Below are positions 49,200 to 63,214 of a stretch of 64,000 bases of DNA, piece after piece. The stretch covers positions 1-64,000 of the forward strand of contig MCFE01000131.1 of assembly GCA_002104905.1 (NCBI GenBank), given 5' to 3'. A model generated the notes under the pieces. It searched no databases. It saw only the letters and a list, made by a program, of their open reading frames with translations, and was not told the origin of the DNA. Source of the stretch: Basidiobolus meristosporus CBS 931.73 (lineage: Eukaryota; Fungi; Basidiobolomycota). A program made the position numbers and the translations under genes. Every line of letters begins with the position of its first letter. The stretch's first letter is position 1.

Positions 49200-51540
49200 A
49201 GTTCACTTACATGTGTAGTGGTCAAATTAGCAAAATGCCATCACATTCCAGTCATAACATTATGAAGCAGGTCAAAAACTCCAAGTTACCAGCATTGTGA
49301 CAGCCTTATTGCAGGACCTTGACAGCTGATGCTGGCTTGAGCCACCATCATGATCACATGGGACAAACAGCCTGACACTTGACAACACCACATTATCATA
49401 TCACCTTTGGTGAATTATCTTGCAATCGCAAGACAGTTCTGTACTTAAGACATGGCCTCTCCATGCATAAAAGATTAAATGACAAACCAACATAACAAGA
49501 AGTATAAATTAAGCTGTAGCACTACATATACATGTATTTGTAAGACTATTTCCTATTTAGATTGACTCATTTCCATATACATGATATATGAAATAATGCC
49601 AAACTGTCTGGTTCCCAACCAAGTCTCACTGCCAATAACAGCAGAATAACAGTTATACAACAGCTTGCTTTGACCTTCAGTGCAACACTCAGGGCTGCAT
49701 TCAAAAAAGGTGTGTTGATTGTTTGCCTACCAATGGTAACAATGCAATCTCCTGAGGTAGTCAGTCAAGTAGCAACTAAGAACCACTGCAGAGCTGCCAG
49801 CTGACCATCATGCTCCAGCAGATGCAAGTGTAGAACATGCAGTGCCACCAGTGGAAGACCAGGTAATTACCATCATAGCATCACCACTACCTGCATCAGC
49901 AAGTATCTTATTGGCTCATACTATGCATTAATGAGGCAATTAGATGCTTTGGCAAACAGGAAAGATGCAATGGCCCAATTAATTCATGAGATAGTGTAAA
50001 GACCAGATGAGTGGTTGATACATGTGGAGCAATTAATATGCCTGCTGGAGAATGCAATATCCTTGCTGTAACAAAGGAACTCAAATGGTTTAATGTAACA
50101 GCCACAAATTAAGCCATATTCTAATGTAGCAGCAGAGGAACAGCTTATAATCTCTGAAGCCCAACAACAGATTCTAAGGTAAAGCCCCCACAAGAACCTA
50201 TCAATATCTGAATGGCCAAGACTGAGATACTAATACCAAAGCCTAGAAATCAGTTGACATTGATGATCTGTGAAGCTGCTGAATGCAATGATAAATAGTG
50301 AGCTAATATTCATGATGCCACAAAATATCTAGCACACGTTTGCTTCAAGGCTAGCATTGGTGTGCTAAGAGAGTATTTTAACAATGACAGAAACTATCAA
50401 AGGCAATATAGCAATGGGGAAATGGCTAAAAACCAGCACCTTCCTCAAGAGCTTATCACAAGCAGGGCTCAAAGCCCAAACAAGTAGTCAACAAACAAAA
50501 GGTATGCAGAAGTGGGTCTTCAAGAGTCAAGTATGCAAAAATAAATATATCAGTATTGTGATTACAAAGGAGAAGACACAGCTCTATACAAGAAAACACC
50601 CAGTCAATGTAGTATTGAAGGACCTGGCAGTAATAGAAACTTGTGGCTTTCTCAGCAGTTGTTATACCAGGGCTGCAAGGTCTAACAAGCAGCAAAAATA
50701 TTTCAGGTAGCCAGAAGAGTGCTAGCAAGGGCCAAGTAGGAAAAAGTCAATACACCAAAGAAGCATTCATAAAGAAGATATGTTGGGTAGTGTATATCAC
50801 TCAGCTGGGCTATCAGTGCAAGACCTGGCAGTGATGATGGTAGAGGCACTGGTAAATAGTCAACCCAAGCCAGAGACTGAGAAGAATGAGAAAAAGGCTG
50901 CAGTCCTCACTGATTAGTGATGTCAGCTCAGAAAAGGCAAATGCTATGACAGCCAACAATATTCACCACTAAGACAACAGACTTGTTCCATTGGATAGTG
51001 CTGCTTTGAGTCATGAGAGCTAAGTAGTGTATTAGTGTGCCAAAGTGGCAAAGTGGACCAATACTATACCACTCTACTTCAAGCCTAGTTCTACATCCTC
51101 ATACAAAGAAGCCGCTGTATTTCACCCATTGTGCTGGAGAAAATCCATTCTTTGACCTTTTCCTTAGGATTAATCCAATGGATGATGTGTAACAATGCAG
51201 AAAGCAGAACTCCAGTGAGGTAGATGAGTGTGTGAAGAAAGGCTGTATATCAACAACAGCCTCTGCACCCTCAATTCTAGACAGAGTAGAGATCCCATTG
51301 GCAGCCATTGCAGCAATGTTAAGAACCCAGAGGACTTCTGGAGTGGCAACAGTGGTGTTTTAGAACACTGATAAGCTCACCAAGAGGTCATAGTACTTCT
51401 TCATGAGCAGTGATCAAGAAACTGTACTTGAAAGCTGCAGGGAATCCTTGCAAAGAGTGTCAGATGGGCTGATAGACCTTGCAGTGTCAGTAGAAGACTG
51501 GAATGTTTGGGACCAGTAAGTAAGCAATGGCTTAAAGCTG
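49200..51540 (-). mobile_element. CACTA-like copy E fragment: transposase N-terminus (minus) and ORF2 (plus)
   Basis: Homology to ORF2 motifs (gtgctaagagagtattttaacaatgacagaaactatcaaagg; gaccttgcagtgtcagtagaagac). Contains a further AGACTTGTTCCATTGG end at 50979. Confidence 0.7.
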
Positions 51541-51559
51541 CACAGTTCTTGCTGGCATG

Positions 51560-53700
51560 GTATTCTTATGGTGTTAGTGCACTTTACAACTATCTAAGTG
51601 GATCTAACATGGTAGTACATCCAATTGCTTTATATGGCAAAAAGATTAACAGTGCTGTGGTGGCCTATTTGCAAGCCTCTTATGGGATCAATATGGCAGT
51701 ATGATGTATCCACTGCAAAAGCACCCCTCTTTACCTGCTTACCCACTACTATGGTGGGTATTCCTCATATAGTGCCAATCAATAAAACTATAGCTGCCTG
51801 CTTAATACACAGTAGACATCTGCATACCTGCAGCAAATGACATACTTCAATCACTGAGCTTTATATTCTTTCAGTGTGATAATGGCAAAGTTGCCATGCA
51901 CCTGATACTGCTGGTTACATATATATCTTGCAAATGCTTACTTGGTTACAGCTACTCTTGCAATAATACCTCCTGAATATCTACAAAGAGCTTTTTAGTA
52001 TTTAGCCAATATATTCCTTCTTCTGCTAGTTTCTAGTCCTCCTTATTAGAATGCTCCAGCTCTTGTTTGAGCAAATTATGTATGACCAAGTGGCATCTAG
52101 CATACCCTGGAAGAGCTTTCCTAAAAAACATTAGTTGCTTATTGTGTCACACCCAGCATGCATAAATTAGCGGATTACCCACTCTGAGAGGCCACTTACC
52201 TTCTTAATTCCAGTATTATAGATGTCTATATGGGCATAGCAGTCCTGAGTATTTTCCAATTCTTTCTGACTGTCCTCCATTTGCAATCTCATTGCTTCAT
52301 GATGGACTTGAAGGCCATATTCTTCATGGGATTGGGGTATAGTAGTACTTGTGACTTGTCTTGTCTTCCTCTCTCCCCACATATATGCTTGATAGGAAAC
52401 TGCCAAAAGGTGAAGTAAGGCCCAATATTCTCCACACATCAGGCAACATATAGTAGAAAATGAATACAGTAATAGCAGATATCTATATATTGATCCTTAT
52501 TTGTGTGGTAAAGCCACTTAAATCCTGTCACAAACTGCTTGCATAAAACCTGTAGACGGGTAAGGTTGGAATTGGTGATCTGGTTTGGGATATACATAAT
52601 AACAATTTCAATAAAAGACTTTCAGTGCTTCCAGTGTATTCCAGGTATAAATGGGTTCAGAAAGCTACTTGCATAAATACTTATGCATTTCATCCACTCC
52701 TTTCATTTGTATAGTTGCAACTGCATATAAACTCAGATTTTAGCTTGTAAGAAGTACTTTATGTAGCAAATGCTCTATAATATCTTGTCAATTCTTTCAT
52801 ACTGCACTGGTATCTCAAAGGGCTCATTGGGCATGAAATGCCCCATTTACAAGTTGATCATTATCATTGGGATGTTGTTGATGGGCATATGCATTGCTCT
52901 CAATGGAAACTTTTTGCTCCAACAGAAATCAACTTTTTTAAGTATCTCCAGTTTCAAATGAGTTCCATATTTCAGCTAATGGCTTGTAGCTTATCAACTT
53001 TGCTCCAATCAAATGCTTGCTTCTGTATGTTCTTTCTGTGATAGGATGATGTTCTGAGTGTTGGTATCTAGATAATAATAATGTGTGTGAGTTATGGAGT
53101 ATGCACCCTGGATCTCACACATTTGATGGCATTGCCTTCAATCAGACCAATAGAAGCCAGCTATCTTGCTTATGGGCTGGGATATCTCAAAAGCAGATAT
53201 TAATATGCTCTTTGATATGACTGTCATTCACCAATATCCTGCTGGAAAGCATGCAAAGCTCACCAGCAATGGATACAGATAGCCATCCAGGTTGGATGGT
53301 GATTACAGCTCAGATATCAGTGCAACCACCATCAGATCTCTGCTCTGATACTGTAACATAGGCAGCAGGTTCTGATTGATGAGAATTGGTGCCCAGCCAA
53401 ACTTGCTAGTAGGGTACTTGCTTAATGGGAATCCATTAATTGCAAAGACAAAGGCATGTTCATACACACAATGAAAATAGCCATTGCTTCTTAGTTGCAC
53501 AATCTTGTGATGGAATCACAACTGCATAAGAGGTTTGATACAATAGCTATATGGCTTTTGTCTCTTCTCTTACAGCATTGATTTAAAGCAGTCTTCTCAG
53601 TGGGGCAAATTTTTTGACACTCAAAAATTTACTACAATTATATCACTATTTGTCACTGCTAATGTGAATTCACGACAATCTTGTATTTGAGAAGTTGCTT
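51560..53700 (-). mobile_element. CACTA-like copy F: subterminal region plus transposase on the minus strand
   Basis: 53303-53500 reads FAINGFPLSKYPTSKFGWAPILINQNLLPMLQYQSRDLMVVALISEL. 52167-52439 is DUF4218-like. Confidence 0.8.
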
Positions 53701-53829
53701 TGTATGGAGATTTAAGAGCTATGATTCACACTCTGCAGTCATTTTTGGGTCTGCTAAGCCTTTGCGGCACACACTGGCACTATTTGGCACACATCACACA
53801 ATATGGCGCTGTCCAACCAAACAAGTCTA

Positions 53830-56605
53830 TTATCTTGGTAAAGTGCCAGTTTGATCTTGACTATAGGGGAATAATTATAGGATTGTTGATCTGAGGAAAG
53901 TGACATATTTAGGGCTGTCAGTTAGTCCTACAGTGACCATGCCTAGTGCAGAGTTGTTACATAAATTTTAGCTGCTGAAAGAAACCAAGTAGCTCAATAT
54001 TTCAACACTCCCCCTCAACTACATAATTTCTTAATCCTGAATCCTCATTGAGATTCTGAAATTGCGGCCTAGCTAGTGGTATTGTCAATTTATCTACCAC
54101 CATTTTGTAAGTTGCGTGGTAAACCAACTGTACTATGCTATTTTCAACAGCTTCCCTCACAAAGTGGTGTTGTATATATTTGTGCTTAATTCTGGCATGA
54201 TAAACAGGATCCTAGCTAACAAAATACAAATTTGATTATCCTTGTAAAAACATTTTGATTAGTACAAGTGAAAACTCAATTCTTTGAATAATTCTTGTAA
54301 CCATAGAGCCTCCATAGTTGCTTGACAAGCAGCAATACATTCAGCTTCAGTTGTAGGTAGGGCCAAAGTTGGTTGTTTCTTGCAATTCCAGGTAATAACT
54401 GCACCAGCATAAAGAAATACATACCCAGTAGTATAGCATCTTTCAATCAGATCCCTATCCCAGCCTGAACCTCTATAACCATTAAATTTCTGCCTATTAA
54501 CCACTCCAGAGTATTGCAGTACTATATTTATAGGACCATGTAGATATCTGAAAATCCGCTTAACTGCAGTGATGTAATCTGTTCCATAAGTTTGTAGGAA
54601 TAGACTGACAATCCCAGCTACCACTGCTATAAATGGACTTGTAGACACCAACAAGTACAACAGGCTACTAACCATTGATTGATAGGGAAAGTTTTGGACC
54701 ATATTTCAGCCTTCTTGACCCATAACTGGTTGTTATTTGCTCAATTTAGTTATTCTCCACCTGAATGGCGCTTTGCTGCATAGTAGTATTTGGACTTTGC
54801 ATTGCCTGTTCCAGAGTCTGAGGCCTGAAACATAAGGCAAGATATGCTTCTGCATGATCATTGAATGTCTGCCTCTGGGATCCAGGGGCATTTCTTATTC
54901 TGGTGGATATCCCAACTGGGAAATTGTACTCCAATCTGGGACTAGTGGAAATATCTTCCTTATCTGGCTAACCGGGTTCATATCATATTCATTAGTGTTG
55001 ATTGCCTCATCAGGCAGTTAGCTAATGACTTCAGTGCCTTTCTCATGCATATTTTCCACAAATACAATGTCCCTGCTGTTGATCAGCTTCTGATTTTTGC
55101 CATCACACACTTTTTACCCTTTATTATTCTTGCAATGTCTAAGGGAGACTTCTTTTTTACTCTTTGGTTCCAACTCTGCTTTTTCTTTGTCAGGGAAGTG
55201 ATAAAAAATATCAGCACCATAGATCCTGAGGTACTGGAAGTTGGGTTGCTTGCCTGTATATGCTTCAAAGGGTGTGGAATCAAGTATTGTTGTAGTTTGA
55301 CATCTATTCTTGATGTATACTGAAATAACAACAGATTCGGCCCAAAACTTGAAGTCCATTCCCTTATCATGTAGCAAAACTATTCCCATCTCTACTATTG
55401 TTCTACATGCACATTTTACTGATATATCTTGCTGGAGAGCATGTGAAACAGTGGTCAGTTGAAGTATACCAGTAAATGAGAAATTTTTTTGCAAACTCTG
55501 TTGCACAGTGCTGCTCTCCATTGTTACTTCAGAGTACCTTCAATTTACACCCAGTTTGTGCTTCTGCCATGTTTTTAATGTGGTTATGCATCTGCATACC
55601 CTCATCCTTTGTCTTGAGGAAGTACACTCATATGTATGTAGTCTTGTCATCAAAAAACATCATAAACATTGCTTGGTAAAAGCACAGTGGCTCATGGGCC
55701 CACATATGTTGGAGTGCACAATACCCAATAATTTGGTGGTTCCAGTTCCTCCTGAGCCCGTGAAATGCTACCTAGCTTGTTTGCTATATGATCATCTCAT
55801 ATGAGCTCTATAGACCCACTGGCAGTAGCTTCCAATGCAGAGTTGCCTCCTAGATATACCTTGCTTTCAGGAATAGTCTTTAAGTTGCTGATCCACTCCT
55901 TTATACCATAAATATGCTGTGATGCTCCAGAGTCAGTGTACCATTCTTTACTTTGGTTACTTACATGCAAATGTACAGTTACAAACAACTGCTGATCATT
56001 ATTTATATGGCTTACCAACTCTGGTTTCTGTTTATTGTCCACTTGTTTCTGCTTGCATTCTCATGTTGAAGTACTTTTGTTTTTACTAAAGCTTGCTTGA
56101 TACTGACTTTGCTCCAAAGATCTTACGCAAGGATTCCCATGCTGCTTTGGCAGTATTTGTAGCATGAATTTGTGCAATGAAGGAGTATTGCATATAGATG
56201 TCTATGGCATTGGGGCCTTTCTCTCCTTCTCATGAAGCCTCTCCACCTCTTCTGCTGTCCCTTTGGGCTTAACTTCTTAAGAAGTGGTGATAATAGTTAA
56301 GATAATGTGTACTCATAAAGAAGCTCAGTATTTATACTTTTGTAGAAGTAATACAACTGTAACACTAAGTAAAAGGGTTTCTCCATGTACAGGAGCAATT
56401 TGTAAAAGTTTGAGCATTACTACCTAATGATTGGTAAAAGTACTAACTCAATCTTGACTAATGGGAATAATCATATAATTATAGATCTGAACAAAGTGGC
56501 AAAGTTAGGGCTGTAAATTGATCCTACAGCTATAATGACCTGTCCAGAGTTGTTAAGTGAGTTTTTAGCTGCTAAATGATACCAAATAGCCCCAATATTT
56601 AAACA
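53830..56605 (-). mobile_element. internally deleted Ty1/copia element, family 2
   Basis: LTR ends ...TTCAACA at 54007 and ...TAAACA at 56605. PPT TTGAGGGGGAG|TGTTG, protease EWYTDSGASQHI, integrase FWAESVVISVYIKNR, and RT-end/RNase H (PTLALPTTEAECIAA). Most of RT is deleted. Confidence 0.88.
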
Positions 56606-57429
56606 GAGACATCAGGTTACCAGAAAAGTGCCACTAAGGTACAGGCAGGCAGAAACAGATGCATCATTGCAGCATTTATCAGGCAGAAAGTGTTGCTCAA
56701 TATAGGATGCATTAATTCACAGTAGTAGTGAAGACTCTGACAGTAATGAACACTCTGGGCCTTCTCAGAAGCCTTTACAAGCAGGGTTGAAATTTCTAAA
56801 CAATCAGCAGAGAGACCTTACGGTGCCAGCAAGGGATATGCAGTTAAAAACAGATGCACTGGTGCAGCATTCATCTAGGAGAAGACAGAGCTCAACACAC
56901 AAAGCACTCAGCTAAAGTAGCGGTGAAACACTAGTAGGTGATCAAGGGAAGGTAATAGGTAATAGTTAATGAGAGATGGTCTACCCACAACAGAGACAGG
57001 GAAGCAATGAGAAAAAAGCTACAGTCCTCACCAATTGACACCCTCTGCCCAGAGCAGGCTAAGTCCTATCATAGCCAAGCAGAGTTACAAACAAGATAAA
57101 ATTAGCTTTCTCAAGAGTTGGGAGTGCAGCAAGTTGTACTACACTACAGCAAGGGAGTTGAGTTTGCAGGCAAAAGCAATTTGTCTGCCACTGCTTCCAC
57201 ATTCTCCATTGCCAACAGAGTTAAGATCCTACTAACACAGAGCAACAATGTCAAGAACTCAAAAGGCTATCACAATGCCTACAGTTGAGTTTTGAAACAT
57301 CAATAGGCACACCTATTATCTTTCAACAGTCTTTGGATGGTGTCCTGACAGGATCAGTACTTCTTAGTCATGGGACTTTGACTTTGTGACCGCCTTTTGA
57401 CAGGATCATCTCAATAATTTCTCATAGGG
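56606..57429 (+). mobile_element. CACTA-like ORF2 3' fragments plus terminus
   Basis: ORF2 tandem-repeat and C-terminal homology. Ends ...AATTTCTCATAGGG at 57429. Confidence 0.7.
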
Positions 57430-58325
57430 TTGGGGTTGGAAAGCCAACAGTGACTAATCAGAAAAGCTACAATCACTATGAATGAAGACAACAAGAAGCA
57501 GTACCAATGGAAATAGATGCTAGGTAGAAGAATCCTAGCTCAGAAGAATGCAAGAAGAAAGGCCTGTTTCAATTCCACCAGCATGGGCACATCTCAGTGT
57601 GCTGCCCTCAGAGAATAAGTTAACACCAGTTGGCAAGAACCTTCAGCTGAATTGAAGCCCAAGAGCATAGTTAAGCAGAAGACTAACTTGGAGAAGACTC
57701 ATAACTCTCCTTCCACATACAAGCAGAATATTTATCCTAAATGACTTCAGGCTCAAGTAAAGTATTCTATTTGATTGGAACAATTAGTGAAGTTCCTGCC
57801 AAGATAATCAACAAATCAACTCCAGTATCAACAGTTAGTCTGAACTCTCACACAATTAGCCATATTACTCAGCCAGTAAGAATGAGGATAAATGACTATG
57901 AAGAAGAGCTGCACGTATACATATTTGGAAACACCAAATTTGACCTGGTATAAAGACAAACATGGCTATTCAACCATAATCAATCAATCAATTTGGGAAC
58001 CCATACCTCTCAGATCCAAAAAGCCAATCAGATCTATGCATTACTACCTGCCAGGCTGGATTTCAACTTAGATAAGTATGTTGGACACAAGTGAAGTTAA
58101 TAAGACAAAGTACTGTAGGGCACTTAGGAAGGGTACACTGATGTTTTTCATGGTGGTAACAGAGAATGATTCCTCTACTCCAGTCCCCCAGATAGTCCAA
58201 ACTCTTTTGAAGGAATATACAGACATACTTCCAGATGAACTGTAGGATGTCCACCAGTAAGTGATGTTGATCTTGCCATTGCCACACAAGATAGCCTCCC
58301 AGCAAGCAAGACACCTGACAGGATA
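57430..58325 (+). pseudogene. Ty3/gypsy gag-end/protease fragment, paralogue of 59590-60540
   Basis: Collinear with the downstream gypsy (HITQPVRMRINDYEEELHVYIFGN). Confidence 0.85.
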
Positions 58326-58517
58326 GCATTGGTATGCTAAGAAGGTATCTTAAGAATAGCAGAAACTATCAAAGGCAGAAGTACAAGGGTGTCATGGCTA
58401 CAACCAGCAGCTCCCTCAAGAGCCCATTACAAGCAGGGCCAAAAGCTTCAGACAAGCATCAAAGAGACGCCGGTAGCTGGAAGAGTGCCAATAGGGATAA
58501 GCAGGCAGACACAGAGG

Positions 58518-61500
58518 TGTTATCATCTGCTGCTTGAATGGTTAAGTTAGATCAGTTTTTAGTCAAATCAATTAGTTATATGTTTAGCTCATCAATATAT
58601 CAGTATTACCAATCAAATCAGTAGCATTAGTCAGCAAATGAATCAGCAGATCCTTATCAGACAGAGGTTCATATACTAAGTAAGATCTTATTGGGTGATG
58701 ATGATGCAATCAAAAGAGTTATCAGCCACAGCCTATATTGGGAAATACAATTAGTCAGCAATTGATCTGGCAAAATGCATGTAAGGAGCAGTCACAACCC
58801 CAATAAAGATCAGTTCAAGTTTTAGTGAATGCAATACTAGCTAAACTCCCAATTCCACTACAACTCTTATACCAAGAGTTGTAACATTGGTAGCAGCAAT
58901 AACCAGAAACATCCCTCATGAAGAAAGAAGAAGCCTCCCTCAAGATGTCCAAAAATCAAGAAAGCAAGATTGATGTGCAACAAATCCTGGCCCAGCAGCA
59001 ACAGTTACTCCAGATCCTTAGCCAGCAGCAACAAGGAATGACTATCATGGCCCAAAGCCAGCAAAACCCCATCAACAGCAACTTTAGTGTGAAGGTCAAC
59101 CAGTACCATGGTAGAGTCAATGAAAATCTGGGAACTTGGCTCTTCCAGATTGAAGAAGCTTTCAAGGCTAAGGGTATTGCACCAGAAAGCAAGTTACATT
59201 ATGCAACCTCTTACCTTGCAGATGCAGCTTTACAGTGGTACCACAACAAGATCAGGTCAGCTACAATGATGGGATGCTCTACAATCTCTACCTGGGATGA
59301 GTTTGGGTTGGAAACTCAGGATACTGCTGAGCCCCAACACCAACAGACACTACAAAGAAGAAAGTTGAAGATACTGAGACAGAAAGGAATGGTCCAAGAG
59401 TACATCTATGAATATAGATGTCTACTTGGGTAAATTTAGAGAATGGACCCTCTGGATCAAGTTGAGTACTTTATTGATTGGTTGAAAGAAGTACCTGTCA
59501 GGAAGTGAATTATCAGAGACTTCAGACTCTTGAAGAAGTCATCAAGATTGCCACTGACTATGAATCAGCTATGTTTGGAGTTGGGAAGCCCACAATGACT
59601 TATCAGTAAGTCTACAATCACTATGAAAGAAGACAATCAGAAGCAGTGCCAACAGAAATAGATGCTAGGCCAAAGAATCCTACCTCAGATGAATGTAAGA
59701 AGAAACGACTTTGCCTCAATTGCCAGCAGCAGGGACATACTGCAAAGTACTGCCCTCAGAGACAAAATGGACACCAGCCATCAAGAACCTTTAACCATAT
59801 TGAGGCCCTGGAGCATAGTAACATGAAGGATGAACTTGAAGAAGACTTACAACTCACCTTCCATATGACAGAAGAATATATATCCCAGATGACCTCAAAC
59901 TCAGGAAAGCTATTATACTTGAATGGAGTAATCAATGGAGCACCTGCCATGATCATGATTGACCCAGGAGCACTGCATGAGTACATGTCAGAGCAATTTG
60001 CTTTGAAAGCTGGAATCAACTTGGAACCCACCAAATCAACTTCCGTTTCAACAGCCAATGGGGACTCTAACATACTCACCCATATTACTCAGCCAGTAAG
60101 GATGAAGATCAATCACTATGAGGAAGATTTACAAGCCTATATATTTGGGAACTGCAAGTTTGGCCTTGTGCTTGGGAAAACCTGGCTATTTTATTGTAAT
60201 ACATCAATCAACTGGAGAACCCATGCTACTCAGATCCACAAGGACAACAAGACCTATGAGCTATTACCTGCCAGACTGGATTTTAGCTTGGTCAATTCCA
60301 ATGTGTGTGTGAAACAAATGAGCCTAGAAGGACACAGCTATGTAGGGCACTAAGAAAAGGCACCCAGATGTTCTTCATGGCAGTATTACCGGAGAATTCC
60401 TCCACTCCAGTACCCCACAAGGTCCAGACTCTTTTAAGGAATAATCAGACGTATTTCCAGATGAGCTTGTAAGACTATCACCTGTTAGAGACATGGATCA
60501 TGCCATTGAAACAGGAGATAGCCCTCCAGTGAGTAAGGCACCTTACATAATGAATCCATTGGAGTGGGAAGAGATGAAGGGACAAATAGATCAGTTACTG
60601 GAGCAAGGATATATCAGACCCAGCTGGTCACCTTGAGGAGCGCCAGTACTTTTTGTGAAGAATAAGGATTGAACACTTAGGATTTGCATTGACTACAGAG
60701 ACCTCAACTCAGCCACCATGAAGAATAGGTACCCTATACCTTGGATTGATGAGCTTTTGGACCAACTTTGACCTCATGTCAGGATACAACCAAATTAGGG
60801 TGAAGCCAGAAGACATCCCTAAGACTGCATTCAGGACCAGATATGGACATTACAAGTACTTAGTCATGAGTTTTGGCCTCACCTATGCCCCTGCAACATT
60901 CATGACCCTGATGCAGACTGTCTTCCAGGAGTACTTAGACAGGTTGGTGATAATCTACCTGGATGATATATTGATATACAGCAAGACAGAAGAGGATCAC
61001 TTGGTGCACATTGAAAAGGTCTTGAAGAAGCTAAGAGAGAACAATCTTTATGGCAAGCTACCCAAGTGTGAATTCTTCAAGGAACACGTCAAATATCTAG
61101 GACACATAGTGACTAGCACAGGAGTAACCTTAGACCCTGAGAAGGTCAAAGTTATCAAGAACCTGAAGCACCCCTATAGCATATCAGGGCTCATATCATT
61201 CCTTGGAATGGTTTCCTATTATTGGAAATTTGTTGAGTTCTTTGCAAGTATTGCAGCCCCTTTAACTGATATCCTCAAGAAAGACAATACCTACAAGTGG
61301 GACATAGCTTGTGAGACTGCCTTCCAGATGCTCAAGAATGAACTTGCAAAGCCATCAAGCTTAAGAATTCCTGACTTCAGAAAAGAGTTTACTTTGTTCA
61401 CAGATGTTTCAGATTATGCAACTGGTGAAGTACTGAGCCAAGTACATGAGGAAAGGAACACCTAGTTGCTTCTGAGTCCAAGTAGCTGAGCTCAGTAGAA

Positions 61501-63207
61501 CATAACTATCCAGTGTGTGAAGGGAGATGCTTGCAATAATACAGTGCTTGAAGACATGTAGATGATATATTGATGGAGTCAAGTGTGCAACTACCAGCTT
61601 ACTTGGAAGACAAAGCCATTCCTAATGAGGTAGATGAAGAGGTGAGAACAATTGTCTGGGATGAAGCCATCAAATTTGTAGTACAATATGAAATAATCTG
61701 TTGCATTGTTAATGGAGGCCCTATTGCCTGTTGCTCCTATATTACTTGCCTGGATTTAATATACAAGCTGCACAATAGATATGAACATCCTGGAATTGAA
61801 GGAACAAATTGCTCAGTAAAAGCCATTACATAGTGGCCCATAATGAAACTAGATATTGAGAAGCTAGTAAATGTGCCTAGTTGCCAAATCTACCATGGTC
61901 AGCTGCAGAGAACTGCTTAATTCTTGCACCTGGAGCCAGTAAGGCCATTTTAGGGATGGTGAATGACTTTATTGGCAGACTGCCAAAGCCAGAAGGTGCA
62001 ATCAGCAGATTTGGACAGCAATTGACCAAGCCACTCAATGATCAGTAGCTGGAGCTGTATCAGTAGCCAGTGAAGCAGAAGTTGCAAGTTTTATCTACTA
62101 TGAGATACTGATGAAGTTTGGATGCCATGAAGATATCTTTTCTGACAGAGGTGCAAACCTTATGGCCAAAACAATGGAAGCCTACCTGGAAATGCAGCAG
62201 GTCATACACTTGCAACCTTTTGATTAGCACCCTAGTACTGATGGAGTTACTGCGTAGTTTATGAATTACTGAGAAAAATGCTGACTAAGTCTGCATATGA
62301 AGCCATTAGCTGATAGGATGTGTGAGTTGACTAAGCATTGTTTGCCTGCAGAGTCAGGATGCATAAAACTACTCAACAATTGCCATTTTAATTAGTGAGT
62401 GGTTGTGAACCAAGGAATCCAGGAAATGGAACACCGCAAAAACTCACTGACAAGTAGTAAGATGACCTGAGTCAGCCTAGTAGATTTATTTATTATAATT
62501 AGAGCAAAAATGTAAAGAGGCACAGACCATAGCCTCTAAAGTGCAGAGAAGATGAAGTAGAGATTTGATAAGACTATATTACCTGAGGCTTTGACAGTTG
62601 GGAACTTTGTGTTGCTAAAAAACCACACTTAGAAGAAGTTTGAGCCGCAATGAACAGAACCATTTAGGATCATCAGAGAATGTCCATTTACTACTTACCA
62701 TCTATTTGACAAGCAAGGGAGTATCCAAGAAGATCTAGTTCATGGAAACAGACCCAAGCCTGCATTGCTTGCTGACAACATCAAACCCTGCAGATACTGG
62801 TATCTCAAGAAACAAGTTTTTGCAGAACCCTCTCAGCCTTAGTAAATAAGATTATCACAATCAGATGCTTAAATATCTAGGTTAGATCAGATTTAGCCAA
62901 ATCATTAGTTTTATGTTGAACTTATCAATACTTCAATACTATCTTTCAGATCAATAGTATGTCAGTAGATAAGTTAGCAGATCCTTATCAGACACAAATA
63001 GATAGATCTAATTTGGTGATGATGATACAATCAGATGAGTTGTCAGTCATAACCTAGATTAAGAGGTAAATTCAGTAAGCAATAGATCTGGCTAAGCATA
63101 TATAAGGAGTTGCTGGAATCTCAATAAAGTTCAGCTCATGTATTATCAAATACAATACTAGCTAAGCTCCCTATTCCTCTACAAATCTTATACCAAGACT
63201 TGTAACA
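58518..63207 (+). mobile_element. degenerate Ty3/gypsy LTR retrotransposon (~4.7 kb)
   Basis: LTRs at ~58518-58886 and ~62853-63207, both ending TGTAACA. PBS TGGTAGCAG (tRNAi-Met 3' end type), gag (WLFQIEEAF...LADAALQWY), CCHC knuckle CLNCQQQGHTAKYC, protease (MIDPGA), RT (YLDDILIYS), RNase H, integrase and a GPY/F-like tail (PFRIIRE). No chromodomain or TSD seen. Confidence 0.92.
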
Positions 63208-63214
63208 AAATATA

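Noticed and set aside
23300-57429. Giant element, endogenous virus or Starship-type cargo region
   Set aside because: No tyrosine recombinase, polymerase, capsid or ATPase remnants recognised. Most of the sequence is accounted for by nested CACTA, TIR and LTR pieces.
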